From an uncultured delta proteobacterium (GTDB lineage: Bacteria > Desulfobacterota > Binatia > Binatales > Binataceae): 64,000 bases of DNA. Every line of letters starts with the position of its first letter. Within the stretch, counting starts at the first letter, position 1. This document shows, in pieces, positions 28,736 to 39,274 of this stretch. Location: contig CAWEEQ010000004.1 of NCBI GenBank assembly GCA_963808235.1, positions 1,792,001 to 1,856,000 on the forward strand. The letters run 5' to 3'. Position numbers and translations under genes: made by a program. The notes below the pieces were generated by a model. The model was not told the origin of the DNA, made no database searches, and saw only the letters and a list, made by a program, of their open reading frames with translations.

Positions 28736-29875
28736 GTGGCACTAGTTCTCAACGACGAACAAATCATGCTGCGCGACAATGCGCGCGGCTTTTTGAGCAA
28801 GAACGCTCCAATCGCACATCTGCGCCAACTTCGCGACGGCCGCGACGCCGACGGCTTCTCGCGCGCACTCTGGAAAAACTTCGTCGATATGGGATGGGCG
28901 GGAATCCTGGTGCCGCAGGAATACGGCGGACTCGGACTCGGCCACGTCGAAGCCGGCGTGGTCATGGAGGAGCTCGGGCGCACGCTCACGCCATCGCCGT
29001 TTCTATCGACCGCGCTGATTGCGGCAAATGCTCTTGCACGCGCGGGAAACGAGAAGCAGAAGCGCGAATACCTGGCGAAAATTGTGGCGGGCGATTTGAT
29101 CGGGACGCTTGCCGTCGATGAAAGCGCAAAGCATCGGCCCGAAAAAACGGCGATGACTGCGACGCGCTCCGGGAGCGGCTTTGCTCTGAATGGCACCAAG
29201 ACTTTCGTGCTCGACGGTCACGTCGCGAATCTTTTTATCGTGGCTGCGCGAACTGCCGGCAACCCGGGCGAAACGAAGGGCCTGACCCTGTTTCTCGTGG
29301 ATTCAAGCGCGAAAGGAATTCGCGCCGAACGCACTCCGATGGTCGATACTCATAACGCGGCGCGGGTGAAGTTCGAAAATGTGAACGTCGCGGCCGATCA
29401 CGTGCTCGGCGAAGTCGACGCGGGTTGGAAATCGCTCGAGGGCACGCTCAACGTCGCGCGCGCAGCAGTCGCGGCAGAATTGATAGGTGCGGCCGAGGAG
29501 GCATTCGGCCGGACTGTGAGCTACTTGCGCGAGCGCAAGCAATTCGGCCGGCTGATCGGCGAGTTCCAGGCATTGCAGCATCGCGCCGCCAATCTCTATT
29601 GCGAGCTGGAAGTCAGCCGCTCCGCAGTGCTGAAGGCGCTGCAGATGCTGGACGAGTCGTTCGATTCGGCGAGAGCGATCGTCTCGGTGGCAAAGGCGAG
29701 AGCCGGGCAAAGCGCGACGCTCGCAGTCAATGAAGCGGTGCAGATGCACGGCGGAATCGGGATGACCGACGAGTTCGACATCGGCTTGTTCATGAAGCGA
29801 GTGCGGGTCGGGCAAGAGCTTTTCGGCGACGCGAATTTTCACGCCGATCGGCTGGCACGGCTGAACCGCTACTGA
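28736..29875 (+). CDS. Acyl-CoA dehydrogenase (partner subunit)
   Basis: PQEYGGLG, ERKQFGRLIGEFQALQH, QMHGGIGMT; starts immediately after the previous stop. Confidence 0.93.
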   Translation: MALVLNDEQIMLRDNARGFLSKNAPIAHLRQLRDGRDADGFSRALWKNFVDMGWAGILVPQEYGGLGLGHVEAGVVMEELGRTLTPSPFLSTALIAANALARAGNEKQKREYLAKIVAGDLIGTLAVDESAKHRPEKTAMTATRSGSGFALNGTKTFVLDGHVANLFIVAARTAGNPGETKGLTLFLVDSSAKGIRAERTPMVDTHNAARVKFENVNVAADHVLGEVDAGWKSLEGTLNVARAAVAAELIGAAEEAFGRTVSYLRERKQFGRLIGEFQALQHRAANLYCELEVSRSAVLKALQMLDESFDSARAIVSVAKARAGQSATLAVNEAVQMHGGIGMTDEFDIGLFMKRVRVGQELFGDANFHADRLARLNRY

Positions 29876-30088
29876 CGGCTACGTCTCCCCCCTTCTGCCC
29901 TGCGTCGGCGCTTCTACTCTTTCGGAACCTTCATTTCACACCGGAATATTTCCAGGCGCCCTACCCTGAAACTTCAGGGCACGACAGTTGCTCCTCTTCT
30001 TCCTTCGAGGGCATAGCGCCTTAAGCAAAGGAATAGAGGATTCATATCGGGACGCTTCGAGACCGATATCGCTGTAGATGAGATCGAT

Positions 30089-32728
30089 TTGCGCCTGGCC
30101 GCTGAGCGTGAGGTCGACGTTCTCCGTGCCGAACTGGCCGAGCAGGTCGCCGCACGGCATGAGGTGCAGGTCCGCCTCGAGCAAGAAATTGCGCAGCGCG
30201 ATCGGATCATTGCCGAGGGTGAGCAAACCGCATCGATGTTGCGCGAGAGCGAGGCAGCGCTGCGCCAACTATTCGACCAAAACCTCGACTCGATGGTGAT
30301 TCTCGACCTCGAAACCGGCAGATATATCGACATCAACGATGAGCACACCCGGAACAGCGGCTACAGCCGCGAAGATATGGTTGGTAAACGTTCACGCGAC
30401 CACCAGTCATTCAAAAATCCTGAGGATAACGAGCGCCTGGTCGCGGAACTTAAACGAGTCGGCCTGGTCAGGAACATGGAGGCGATCTTCGTCCGCAAGG
30501 ACGGGAGCAGCTACTGTTGCCTAATCTCCGCGATCAATCTGAGGCTGCGCGGACATCTGTGTTGCATCACGATCGCGCGTGATATCGGCGCGCTCAAGGA
30601 TAGTCAGGTTCAACTAATCGCCGCCCGCGAGGCTGCGCTCGAAGCCTCGCAGGCCAAAGACCGCATAATAGCCGAGGGCGAGCTGACCGCGGCCAAGTTG
30701 CGCGAGAGCGAGACGGCGCTGCGCCAGCTATTCGATCAGAACCTGGATTCCATGATGATTCTGAATCTCGAAACCGGCAGGTATATCGATATCAACGATG
30801 AGTACAGCCTGAACAGCGGCTACAGTCGGGAAGAGGTCGTCGGCAAGCGCTCACGCGAACTCTCGTCATTCGAATACCCTGAGGAAAACCGTCGCCTGGT
30901 CGCCGAGCTCAAACGAGTTGGCCTGGTCAGGAACATGGAGGCGACCTTCCGCCGCAAGGACGGCAGCACTTACTCCGGCCTGATTTCCGCGATCAATCTA
31001 CATTTCCGCGGACATCTATGCTGCATCACGATCACTCGCGATATCGGCGCGCTCAAGGAAACGCAGCGTCAGCTAATCGCCGCGCGCGAAGCGGCGCTCG
31101 AAGGATCGCGGGCCAAGTCTGACTTCCTCTCGAGCATGTCGCACGAGATTCGCACCCCGATGAACGCAGTGCTCGGGATGGCCGACATGCTCTGGGAAAG
31201 CGATCTGACCGACGAGCAACGCCGTTACCTCGATATCATGCGCAACAACGGCGAGACCCTGCTCAGTCTGATCAACGACATCCTGGATCTCGCAAAGGTC
31301 GAGAGCGGGCAGCTCAGCTTCGAGGAAGTTGACTTTGACATTCGGGAGCTGGTCGAGACGGCCGCGGAGACGATGGCGATGCGCGCGCATGAGAAGCATC
31401 TCGAACTCGCCGGGCATGTGGCGTCCGACGTGCCGCACAACCTGGTCGGCGATCCGCTGCGGCTGCGCCAGGTGCTTGTCAATTTGCTAAGCAACGCGGT
31501 CAAATTCACCGACCGCGGCGAGATCGTGCTCCGCGTCGAGAGGGCGCATCAAGATTCAGGCGCCGGCACCGCCAATATAAAATTTTCGGTGACCGACACG
31601 GGTATAGGAATCCCGCCCGACAAAACCGATTCGATCTTCGGCGCATTCACGCAGGCCGATTCCTCGACGACGCGAAAGTATGGCGGCACCGGACTAGGGC
31701 TCACGATCGTCCGCCGCCTGGTTGAGATGTACCACGGCCAGGTCACCGTCGAGAGCGAGGTCGGTAAGGGCAGCACCTTCAGCTTCAACGCCGAGTTCAA
31801 GACCCGCGCTGCCCCTGCGACGGCAGCACTTGCCGCGGCGGTCGTGGACCTGGCCGGCATGCGAATTCTGGTCGTCGACGACACCGCCGCCAACCGAATG
31901 ATCCTGATCGAGGCGCTCACTTCCCAGGGCGTTGTGGTTACCTCTGCCGAGAGCGGCCAAGGTGCGCTGGACGAAATCGATCGGGCCGCGGCCGCCGGCG
32001 AGTCCTTTCAAGCGGTGCTGCTCGACTGCCGGATGCCTGCGATGGACGGAATCGAGGTGGCCGGTCAAATTCGTCATCGCGAGCTGACTCCGCGCGACCA
32101 TCCGATCATAATGATGCTTACTTCTGACGATCTCGACGCAACCAAGGCGCGCGCTCGCGCGGTGGGCGTCGAGGTCTACATGATCAAGCCCATAAAGCGC
32201 GCCAATTTGTTCGAGGCGCTAAGCCGCGCACTTGGCGCCGCGGGGGCAACACCAACAGGTGCTTCACCCGCGGACCGGGCTGGCGCCGAGTCGACTGCCG
32301 GAAACAACGTCTTCGACGAAATGCGCCCACTGAAGATTCTGCTCGCCGACGATTCCCGCGACAACCGTTTGCTCGTGCAGGCCTACTTCAAGAAGACGCC
32401 ATACGTTCTGGATGAGGTCGAAGACGGCGCCGCCGCAGTCGCGAAATTCAGAGACGGCGGCTACGACCTGATGCTGATGGACATCGAGATGCCGATCATG
32501 GACGGCTATTCGGCGACCCGTGCGATTCGCGCGATCGAAAAGGAAACCGGACGTCGCCGTATGCCAATCATCGCGCTGACCGCTTCGGTCCTGGAGGGCG
32601 CGCTGAAGAAGGCTCACGACGCTGGATGCGATGCGCACGTCGCCAAGCCGGTCAAGAAAGTCACCCTTCTGGCCGCGATTCAAAAAGCGGTGCGCGACGC
32701 CGTGATCGACTGCACCACGCCGGATTGA
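30089..32728 (+). CDS. Hybrid histidine kinase (2x PAS, HisKA, HATPase, 2x receiver)
   Basis: MSHEIRTPMN, NLLSNAVKFT, FTQADSSTTRKYGGTGLGL, two REC domains. The true start may lie near 30046. Confidence 0.93.
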   Translation: MRLAAEREVDVLRAELAEQVAARHEVQVRLEQEIAQRDRIIAEGEQTASMLRESEAALRQLFDQNLDSMVILDLETGRYIDINDEHTRNSGYSREDMVGKRSRDHQSFKNPEDNERLVAELKRVGLVRNMEAIFVRKDGSSYCCLISAINLRLRGHLCCITIARDIGALKDSQVQLIAAREAALEASQAKDRIIAEGELTAAKLRESETALRQLFDQNLDSMMILNLETGRYIDINDEYSLNSGYSREEVVGKRSRELSSFEYPEENRRLVAELKRVGLVRNMEATFRRKDGSTYSGLISAINLHFRGHLCCITITRDIGALKETQRQLIAAREAALEGSRAKSDFLSSMSHEIRTPMNAVLGMADMLWESDLTDEQRRYLDIMRNNGETLLSLINDILDLAKVESGQLSFEEVDFDIRELVETAAETMAMRAHEKHLELAGHVASDVPHNLVGDPLRLRQVLVNLLSNAVKFTDRGEIVLRVERAHQDSGAGTANIKFSVTDTGIGIPPDKTDSIFGAFTQADSSTTRKYGGTGLGLTIVRRLVEMYHGQVTVESEVGKGSTFSFNAEFKTRAAPATAALAAAVVDLAGMRILVVDDTAANRMILIEALTSQGVVVTSAESGQGALDEIDRAAAAGESFQAVLLDCRMPAMDGIEVAGQIRHRELTPRDHPIIMMLTSDDLDATKARARAVGVEVYMIKPIKRANLFEALSRALGAAGATPTGASPADRAGAESTAGNNVFDEMRPLKILLADDSRDNRLLVQAYFKKTPYVLDEVEDGAAAVAKFRDGGYDLMLMDIEMPIMDGYSATRAIRAIEKETGRRRMPIIALTASVLEGALKKAHDAGCDAHVAKPVKKVTLLAAIQKAVRDAVIDCTTPD

Positions 32729-32758
32729 TCAACAAAAATCTGATTTCGGCTACAATCT

Positions 32759-33532
32759 ATGGCGCGTCGTCCCGCTCAAGTATCTGCTCTGCTCCATAAT
32801 CTGGCGGCCCGACTACCGGTCCTACTGGGTAGGAACCTGGTCGGCATCTACCTGTACGGATCACTCACACAGAACGCGTTCGACACTGGGCGAAGTGACA
32901 TTGACTGTATCGTTGTGACGAAGCGCGCGTTGCGCGACGCGCAGTTGAGGAAACTCCGCACGTGGCTGACCCTTAGCGCCAAATCGAGGCCATGGACAGC
33001 GCGCTTGCAGATGTCGTTTCTGATTCGCGACAAAGTCCTCACCAAAAATTCCAAGGCGTGCCTTTTCCAATTCGGGCGGTTAAAACGCAGCGTCTCGGAC
33101 GCCAACCCGATCATATGGATTAACGTTCTGAAGAGCGGCGAAATCCTCTACGGTCCAGGGCCCGACTCATTCGTTCCGACGATAACGCCCGAGATTCTGT
33201 GCGCGGCATTGAAGCGTGAAGTTGGTTATATCCGCGAGGAAATCGAGAAGCCACGTAGCAAATGGAGAGACGTCGCCTTCTATCGCGCGTATGCGGTCCT
33301 GACCCTGTGCAGGATTCTCTATTCCTTCAGCAATGGAACCGTGGTCTCGAAGCCGCAGGCCGCAAAGTGGGCGATTCGACATCTGCCGCATGAGTGGCGC
33401 GAACTCATCCTTCAAGCGCTGGATAGCGACGCCGGCAAACGGCGCGCACCCATATCCGTCCGTCGCATCGCGCAGTTCGTCGATTTCACCGCCGCACAAT
33501 TCAGTGCGAGGGTCGCGAAGTCGCGTAGGTGA
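32759..33532 (+). CDS. Nucleotidyltransferase of the aminoglycoside adenylyltransferase (AadA/DUF4111)-like family
   Basis: GIYLYGSL...SDIDCIVV, LYGP.P, YAVLTLCRILY...VVSK..AA.WA. Confidence 0.8.
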   Translation: MARRPAQVSALLHNLAARLPVLLGRNLVGIYLYGSLTQNAFDTGRSDIDCIVVTKRALRDAQLRKLRTWLTLSAKSRPWTARLQMSFLIRDKVLTKNSKACLFQFGRLKRSVSDANPIIWINVLKSGEILYGPGPDSFVPTITPEILCAALKREVGYIREEIEKPRSKWRDVAFYRAYAVLTLCRILYSFSNGTVVSKPQAAKWAIRHLPHEWRELILQALDSDAGKRRAPISVRRIAQFVDFTAAQFSARVAKSRR

Positions 33533-33829
33533 CCTTCGCGATCGAAATTGCGCAGTTGTCGCTGATTGTTGATTCTATCGTTCCTCAGGCGCTTCACAGC
33601 CTCAAGTAGTAGTGAATGTGCTCTCGCCCGACAACTGGTTCGAAACTCCCAGTGGCTCTATTAAGAGGTTCTCTTCTCGACTCTAGATCGCGAAGACTTT
33701 CCGTGTCGATCGCCAGGCTCCCGGCCCGAACTGGACCGTGCGAGCTCGTTGGCCAGCAACGTTAGTCATACCTCGGAGAGCTTTGCTACAATCGACTCAA
33801 AATCCGATTTCCAGGGAGGCAATGGTTTT

Positions 33830-34771
33830 ATGGGTGACGCCAACGGCCTTCGCCATACAAAGATACCGCTCAATAACGGCTCCGATGAGATTCCGGCGCT
33901 CGGGTTTGGGACGCTGATTCCTGATCCGATCGCAACAAAAGAGGCCGTCAGGATCTCTCTGGAGGCGGGCTTTCGTCAATTCGATTGCGCCGAACGCTAC
34001 CGAAATGAAGAACACGTGGGCGAAGCAATGCGAGCGGTGTTCAAGGAGGGCACGGTCAGGCGGAATGACGTTTTTATCGGTACGAAACTCTGGAACAACA
34101 ATCATCGTCCCGAACGCGTTAAGCCCGCCTTCGAGGCAAGTCTGAAAAGACTGCAACTGGACTACGTCAATCTATACAGCATCCATACTCCGTTCGCTTT
34201 CAAACCCGGCGACGAGCAAGACCCGAGAGACAAGAACGGTAATGTTATTTATGACGATGCGGTGACTCTGACGAATACCTGGAAGGCTTTGGAGAACTTG
34301 GTGGACGAAGGTCGGTGCAAGGCGATCGGATTGTCGAACGTCAATTTAGGACAGCTGAAAGAGGTGTTCGATATCGCTCGCGTAAAGCCGGCAGCTGTTC
34401 AGGTTGAATCCCATCCATATCTCCCTGAATGGGAGCTACTCGACTATTGCAAGAGGAATGGCATCGTGATGCAGGCCTTCGCTGCTTTGGGTCATGGTAT
34501 TGAACCCAAGTTGATCGACAATCCCGTGATCACCGTCATTGCGAAGCGCGTCAACAAAACCCCCGCTCAAGTCCTGCTGGCATGGGCGCTGCAGCGCGGC
34601 ACGGCTCCTCTCACCACAGCTACAAGCAGCCGCTACATCGAGGAAAATTTTGATGTCTCGGCTCTTCCCGATGATGCGATCAAGGAAATTAGTGAAGGGA
34701 TCAGTACACGAGTCAGGCTCAATCCGGTCGTGGACACGGGCATCCCGGGGTTCATTCCAAAGGGAAGATGA
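33830..34771 (+). CDS. Aldo/keto reductase
   Basis: IPALGFGT, DCAERY.NE, TKLW, IGLSN, QVESHPYL, PAQVLLAWALQRG. Confidence 0.93.
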   Translation: MGDANGLRHTKIPLNNGSDEIPALGFGTLIPDPIATKEAVRISLEAGFRQFDCAERYRNEEHVGEAMRAVFKEGTVRRNDVFIGTKLWNNNHRPERVKPAFEASLKRLQLDYVNLYSIHTPFAFKPGDEQDPRDKNGNVIYDDAVTLTNTWKALENLVDEGRCKAIGLSNVNLGQLKEVFDIARVKPAAVQVESHPYLPEWELLDYCKRNGIVMQAFAALGHGIEPKLIDNPVITVIAKRVNKTPAQVLLAWALQRGTAPLTTATSSRYIEENFDVSALPDDAIKEISEGISTRVRLNPVVDTGIPGFIPKGR

Positions 34772-35021
34772 ACGCTCAAGCCGGAATTTCCCGCTGAGCT
34801 GACAGGCATTGGCGCGCTCCTCCATTGGTTCACAACTGCGAACAGTGCACGATGTTGTGCGGCACCCTCTCTGTCCGGCTTGCCCCCGGCACTAACCGTC
34901 GAGTAACACGCGTCGCTAGGGGGCGCATATGCGGGATCAGGCTCTTGCTCCTGAACACATCCCCCCCTTTCGAGATGCTCCACATCGTCGATCTGCATCG
35001 CAACTAATCTGGGAGAAATCG

Positions 35022-35096
<75 letters not shown>

Positions 35097-35176
35097 TCTG
35101 GACCGGAGTTTAGAAGCCCACCTCAAGACTGTCAAATCAGTGCGAAAGTTCATAAGCTTGCCCGCACTCGTTCGCG

Positions 35177-35782
35177 ATGACGCAAGCGCTGAAACTCTCG
35201 CGCGACTTCTACGCTCGGCCCGTGCTCGTCGTCGCGCGCGAGTGCATCGGCAAAGTCCTCGTCCATCGCACCGCCGACGGCGTGGCCGCCGGCCGTATCG
35301 TCGAGGCCGAAGCCTACCGCGGTCCGCGCGATCTTGCCGCTCACAGCGCGCGCGGCCTCACTAAGCGCACCGCCGCGATGTATGGTCCGCCCGGGCACGC
35401 GTACGTTTATCTACTGTACGGGATCAGCTGGGCGATGAATCTCGTCACCACTTCTGAGGGCGAGCCACATGCCGTGCTGATCCGAGCGATCGAACCGCTG
35501 CGGGGAATCGACTTGATGTCGCAACGGCGCCGCAGACCTGCCGGCTCTCGCGAACTGACTAATGGCCCCGGCAAACTTACCCAGGCACTGGCTATCACCG
35601 GGTCTGACTATGGAAGGGATCTATGCGATAGTCGGCTCTACCTCGAGACTAGCGCACTACCGCTCGGACGCATCGGCCGCTCGACGCGAATAAATGTCGA
35701 TTACGCCGGTCACTGGGCATCGAAGCGATGGCGATTCTTCGAACGTGGCAATAGGTACATCTCCGTGGCGCCGCGCAACTAG
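35177..35782 (+). CDS. mpg: DNA-3-methyladenine glycosylase (AAG/MPG type)
   Basis: GRIVEAEAY, YVYLLYG, AVLIRAIEP, LTNGPGKL. Confidence 0.93.
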   Translation: MTQALKLSRDFYARPVLVVARECIGKVLVHRTADGVAAGRIVEAEAYRGPRDLAAHSARGLTKRTAAMYGPPGHAYVYLLYGISWAMNLVTTSEGEPHAVLIRAIEPLRGIDLMSQRRRRPAGSRELTNGPGKLTQALAITGSDYGRDLCDSRLYLETSALPLGRIGRSTRINVDYAGHWASKRWRFFERGNRYISVAPRN

Positions 35783-37242
35783 CTATTTGGCGGGTTGTGA
35801 TTCGGCGGCTGCGATCGCCACATTACGAGTATATTTTTAACCGCAGCGGCTTCCGGATATTGTTGTTTCAATTCCGCGATCCGTGACGCCGCAACCGTCG
35901 GCGACGCCACTACCACGGCAATATCCACGCGGTCCGCCTCATGCGAAGGAACCTGAACAACGTGCACAGAATCACGCTGCGACGCTCCAATATAATAGCT
36001 AACCAGGTAGTAAGCGTGACTGGCGCCGATGCGGCGCTCGGGACCGTCGTGAGCCAGCGCCAGTTCGCACGCACGACGCCATCGATCGTCGCCCGGCCTG
36101 AAGTCCGATGAGACTCGAAGTATAGAAAGAGTGACTATCGCAATTAACGCAAGTGCTCGAACGTTCTCGGAAGAAAACGATTGAATACCTATTGCAGTGA
36201 GTATAAAGACCGGGACGAAAGAGGAAATCAAATATCGCGTCACAAGCATCGGAGCAAACAGGTATGAACCCGCGAACAGCGCGATTGGGGGTAGCGTCAT
36301 CCAGGCAAGGGTCAGGATGGCTTCATCGCGATTCGTTCGCCACATGCGTACGCCGCCCAGAATCGCGAACAACACGAACAATGGAAACGGCCAACTGCCG
36401 AGCCCGCTCTCGAACGTCGAGAGCGGTTCCCATCGGCCCGGAGGTGCGATCCAGTTGAAATCCCCGCGCTCGACGCCGACCGCTCCATTCTCGAAGCCCC
36501 GCGCAAACGGCAACAGCAACACACCCGCGACGAATATCGCCGCGACCAATCGCCATATCGTCCCGCGCCGTTCCTGCAGACCAATCCGCTGGTCGCGCAC
36601 GAAAAGATAAATCAGCCAGAGAGTCTCCGACCCGAGCACCAGCAACGCGGTAAAGTTGGTGGCGACGGCGAGCGCGGTAAAGATCGAAACTCCCGCGTAG
36701 TTGGCGAGTCCGCCGAGTCGCCGCGCGCGAAGGATGAAGATGACTTGCGCCAGTATCCACGCTTGCGTCATCGAATACATTCGCGCCTGGCGCGCTATTT
36801 CGACCGCCGGAAGTCCGACTGCGAACAGCAGCGCCGATATCGCTGCGATAACGTAGATTCTGCCTTGCTGACGATCCTCGGCTTCGGTGGCCGACACCGC
36901 CGAGAGGATTTCCGCCGCCAGGATGAACACCAGCACGATCGAGAGTGCCCCGATCAGCGCCGACATCGATCTCATCGCGGCTTCGCTCTCACCGAAGAGC
37001 CGCATCCATCCGCGCAGTGCGAGTTCGTGAACCGCCAGTTTTCCCGAATCAATTTGATGCTGAATATGCAGCAGGTCACTGATGCTTGGTGCGGCGGCCG
37101 CATACCATGATAACGATTCGTCGATTGATAGCTCGCGCGAGCCGAGCCGAAAAAATCGCAGGAACGAACCAATTATGAGCGCGAAGCAAAATAATATCGT
37201 GGGCCAGCTCTGCCAGCCGCCAGGCGGGAAGTTGCGTCTCAT
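35779..37242 (-). CDS. GT39/ArnT-PMT-like membrane glycosyltransferase
   Basis: LSIDE, FGESEAAMR.MSAL, ARQARMYS, RYL motifs; many TMs. Confidence 0.8.
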   Translation of the reverse strand: MRRNFPPGGWQSWPTILFCFALIIGSFLRFFRLGSRELSIDESLSWYAAAAPSISDLLHIQHQIDSGKLAVHELALRGWMRLFGESEAAMRSMSALIGALSIVLVFILAAEILSAVSATEAEDRQQGRIYVIAAISALLFAVGLPAVEIARQARMYSMTQAWILAQVIFILRARRLGGLANYAGVSIFTALAVATNFTALLVLGSETLWLIYLFVRDQRIGLQERRGTIWRLVAAIFVAGVLLLPFARGFENGAVGVERGDFNWIAPPGRWEPLSTFESGLGSWPFPLFVLFAILGGVRMWRTNRDEAILTLAWMTLPPIALFAGSYLFAPMLVTRYLISSFVPVFILTAIGIQSFSSENVRALALIAIVTLSILRVSSDFRPGDDRWRRACELALAHDGPERRIGASHAYYLVSYYIGASQRDSVHVVQVPSHEADRVDIAVVVASPTVAASRIAELKQQYPEAAAVKNILVMWRSQPPNHNPPNS

Positions 37243-37312
37243 TTTTCTGCGCGATTGATATTCAAAATTCGAGAAATTGCGTCGGACCCGTGTTTCGCGG
37301 TCTACTACCGCG

Positions 37313-38137
37313 ATGCCGCCGCTCGCGCGAAGCCGTTCCCCGCTCGCAATCATAACCGACTTCGGCTATCGCGACCATTATGTAGGCGCGATGAAGGGCG
37401 TGATCGCGTCGATTGCCCCCGACACTCCGGTGATCGATATCACGCACGGTATCCCGGCCCAGTCGATCGTCGCCGGCGCGATCGTTCTGCGCGAGTGTTG
37501 GCGCTATTTCCCCCCGCGCACGACCTTCCTCGTCGTCGTCGATCCCGGAGTCGGCACCGCACGCGCCCCGATAGCCGTCGAGACTCGCGCCGGCGCCCGC
37601 CTGGTCGGACCCGACAACGGCGTTCTCTGGCTGGCCGCATCCGAGGCGGGTATTAAGCGAATCGTGAAACTGACTTCGACGCGCCATCGTCTAACCAACG
37701 TGAGTGCTACCTTCCATGGCCGCGACATCTTTGCGCCGGCCGCCGCGCATCTCGCGCGCGGCACGCCCATCGCATCGCTTGGCCCTTCGCTTCGATCGAT
37801 TGAGCAGCTCGAGCTGCCGCAGCCCGTGCAGACGCCGCAGGAGCTTCGCGGCGAAGTAATTTATGTGGACGGCTTCGGCAACCTGGTAACCAACATTGAT
37901 CGCGGCCGGGCCGATCAGCTTCATGCTTGCTTTCGTGACCAATCGCTTTCGGTTAGGATCAAGCGTGGCGCCGCGCCGATTCGCATCGTTGATACCTACG
38001 CCGCTGTGCCCAAAGGTGCTCCTCTCGCAACTTTCGGTAGCTTTGGCCTGCTCGAAATCGCGATCCGCGATGGAAACGCCGCGACGCACTTCAGCTCAGG
38101 ACCCGGCTCATCGATATCGGTAGTCGGGCGAAGATGA
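37313..38137 (+). CDS. SAM hydroxide adenosyltransferase (DUF62, fluorinase/chlorinase superfamily)
   Basis: TDFG..D.YV, VVDPGVG, GPDNG, TFHGRDIFAP, DGFGN. Confidence 0.92.
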   Translation: MPPLARSRSPLAIITDFGYRDHYVGAMKGVIASIAPDTPVIDITHGIPAQSIVAGAIVLRECWRYFPPRTTFLVVVDPGVGTARAPIAVETRAGARLVGPDNGVLWLAASEAGIKRIVKLTSTRHRLTNVSATFHGRDIFAPAAAHLARGTPIASLGPSLRSIEQLELPQPVQTPQELRGEVIYVDGFGNLVTNIDRGRADQLHACFRDQSLSVRIKRGAAPIRIVDTYAAVPKGAPLATFGSFGLLEIAIRDGNAATHFSSGPGSSISVVGRR

Positions 38138-39216
38138 TGGATGAAATCGCCGCACACAAGGATGCTCCCACTGTTCTGACCGACATTCCGCGCTATGCTG
38201 TCCGGCCGGCGCAAGCCGATTTGGCGCGCGAGCGTCCTCGAATTCCTGCGCTCAACGTCGCCCTCTTCCTGTTCACCTTGCTGACGACCACCACCGCCGG
38301 CGCGTACATAAACAATGAGGAGGTGTCGATCCTCCACCCGATCCTCGCCCTTACTGCATTGCGCTCGGGACTTTCTTTCTCGCTTCCATTGATGGCGATT
38401 TTACTCGCGCATGAGATGGGCCATTACCTGACTGCGCGCTACCACGGCGTGCCGACGTCGCTACCCTACTTCATTCCCGCGCCACCATTCTTCATCACCG
38501 GAACGTTTGGAGCTTTCATTCGATTGAAGGCCATGCCGCGCACGCGCCGCGTGATGTTCGACATCGGCGCTGCCGGCCCGTGGGCCGGTGTGATCGTCGC
38601 CATTCCCGCACTGATCGTCGGACTTTGGCTCTCGAACGTCACCCCGCTCGATAAGACCGTCGGCGGCATCGAATTCGGCAGCTCGCTCCTCTTCCTCGCC
38701 CTTACACATCTGGTGCTCGGCGTGGATCCGTCGACCGTCAACGTGAATCTGCATCCGATTGCTTTCGCGGGATGGATTGGTCTGCTGGTCACATCGCTCA
38801 ACCTTCTGCCGGTCGGCCAGCTCGACGGCGGACACGTGATTTACGCGCTGTTCCCGCGCCGTCATCGTGCGATCTCCACCCTGTTCGTCGTGTCCTGCGT
38901 GTTGATGGTAGTGGTACCGCTCGCGCTCGGCCGCGAGCTTTGGTGGGGATGGCTGCTGTGGGCGGTGCTGTCGATCGCGCTCGGATTGGGGCATCCATCC
39001 ACCGTCGATCGCGACACCCCGCTAAACCCGCGCCGCGCCGTCGCAGCCTGGTTGACGGTGCTGCTGTTCGTCGTCACGTTTAGTCCCGTGCCGCTCGCAA
39101 TCGTGCAGCCCGAACCGGCGATGCCACAGAGTCCTGCCGATCACACGCAGGAAATCATCCATCACGCGCCACACTATGACCGGATGTTTCGTCATCTACC
39201 CGGTGTTCGAATCTAG
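38134..39216 (+). CDS. Site-2 (M50) membrane metalloprotease
   Basis: HEMGH, NLLPVGQLDGGH. Confidence 0.93.
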   Translation: MMDEIAAHKDAPTVLTDIPRYAVRPAQADLARERPRIPALNVALFLFTLLTTTTAGAYINNEEVSILHPILALTALRSGLSFSLPLMAILLAHEMGHYLTARYHGVPTSLPYFIPAPPFFITGTFGAFIRLKAMPRTRRVMFDIGAAGPWAGVIVAIPALIVGLWLSNVTPLDKTVGGIEFGSSLLFLALTHLVLGVDPSTVNVNLHPIAFAGWIGLLVTSLNLLPVGQLDGGHVIYALFPRRHRAISTLFVVSCVLMVVVPLALGRELWWGWLLWAVLSIALGLGHPSTVDRDTPLNPRRAVAAWLTVLLFVVTFSPVPLAIVQPEPAMPQSPADHTQEIIHHAPHYDRMFRHLPGVRI

Positions 39217-39274
39217 CCGGCGCGAATCAGGTGCGGGAGATAGCAATGAGCGCGCGAATCAATCGAGGCCCGGC

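Noticed and set aside
34860-35020. Possible integrase remnant next to tRNA-Gly (LVAMQIDDVEHLE) and a T-arm-like fragment near 33635
   Set aside because: Too short and degenerate to support, and no duplicated tRNA 3' end was found.
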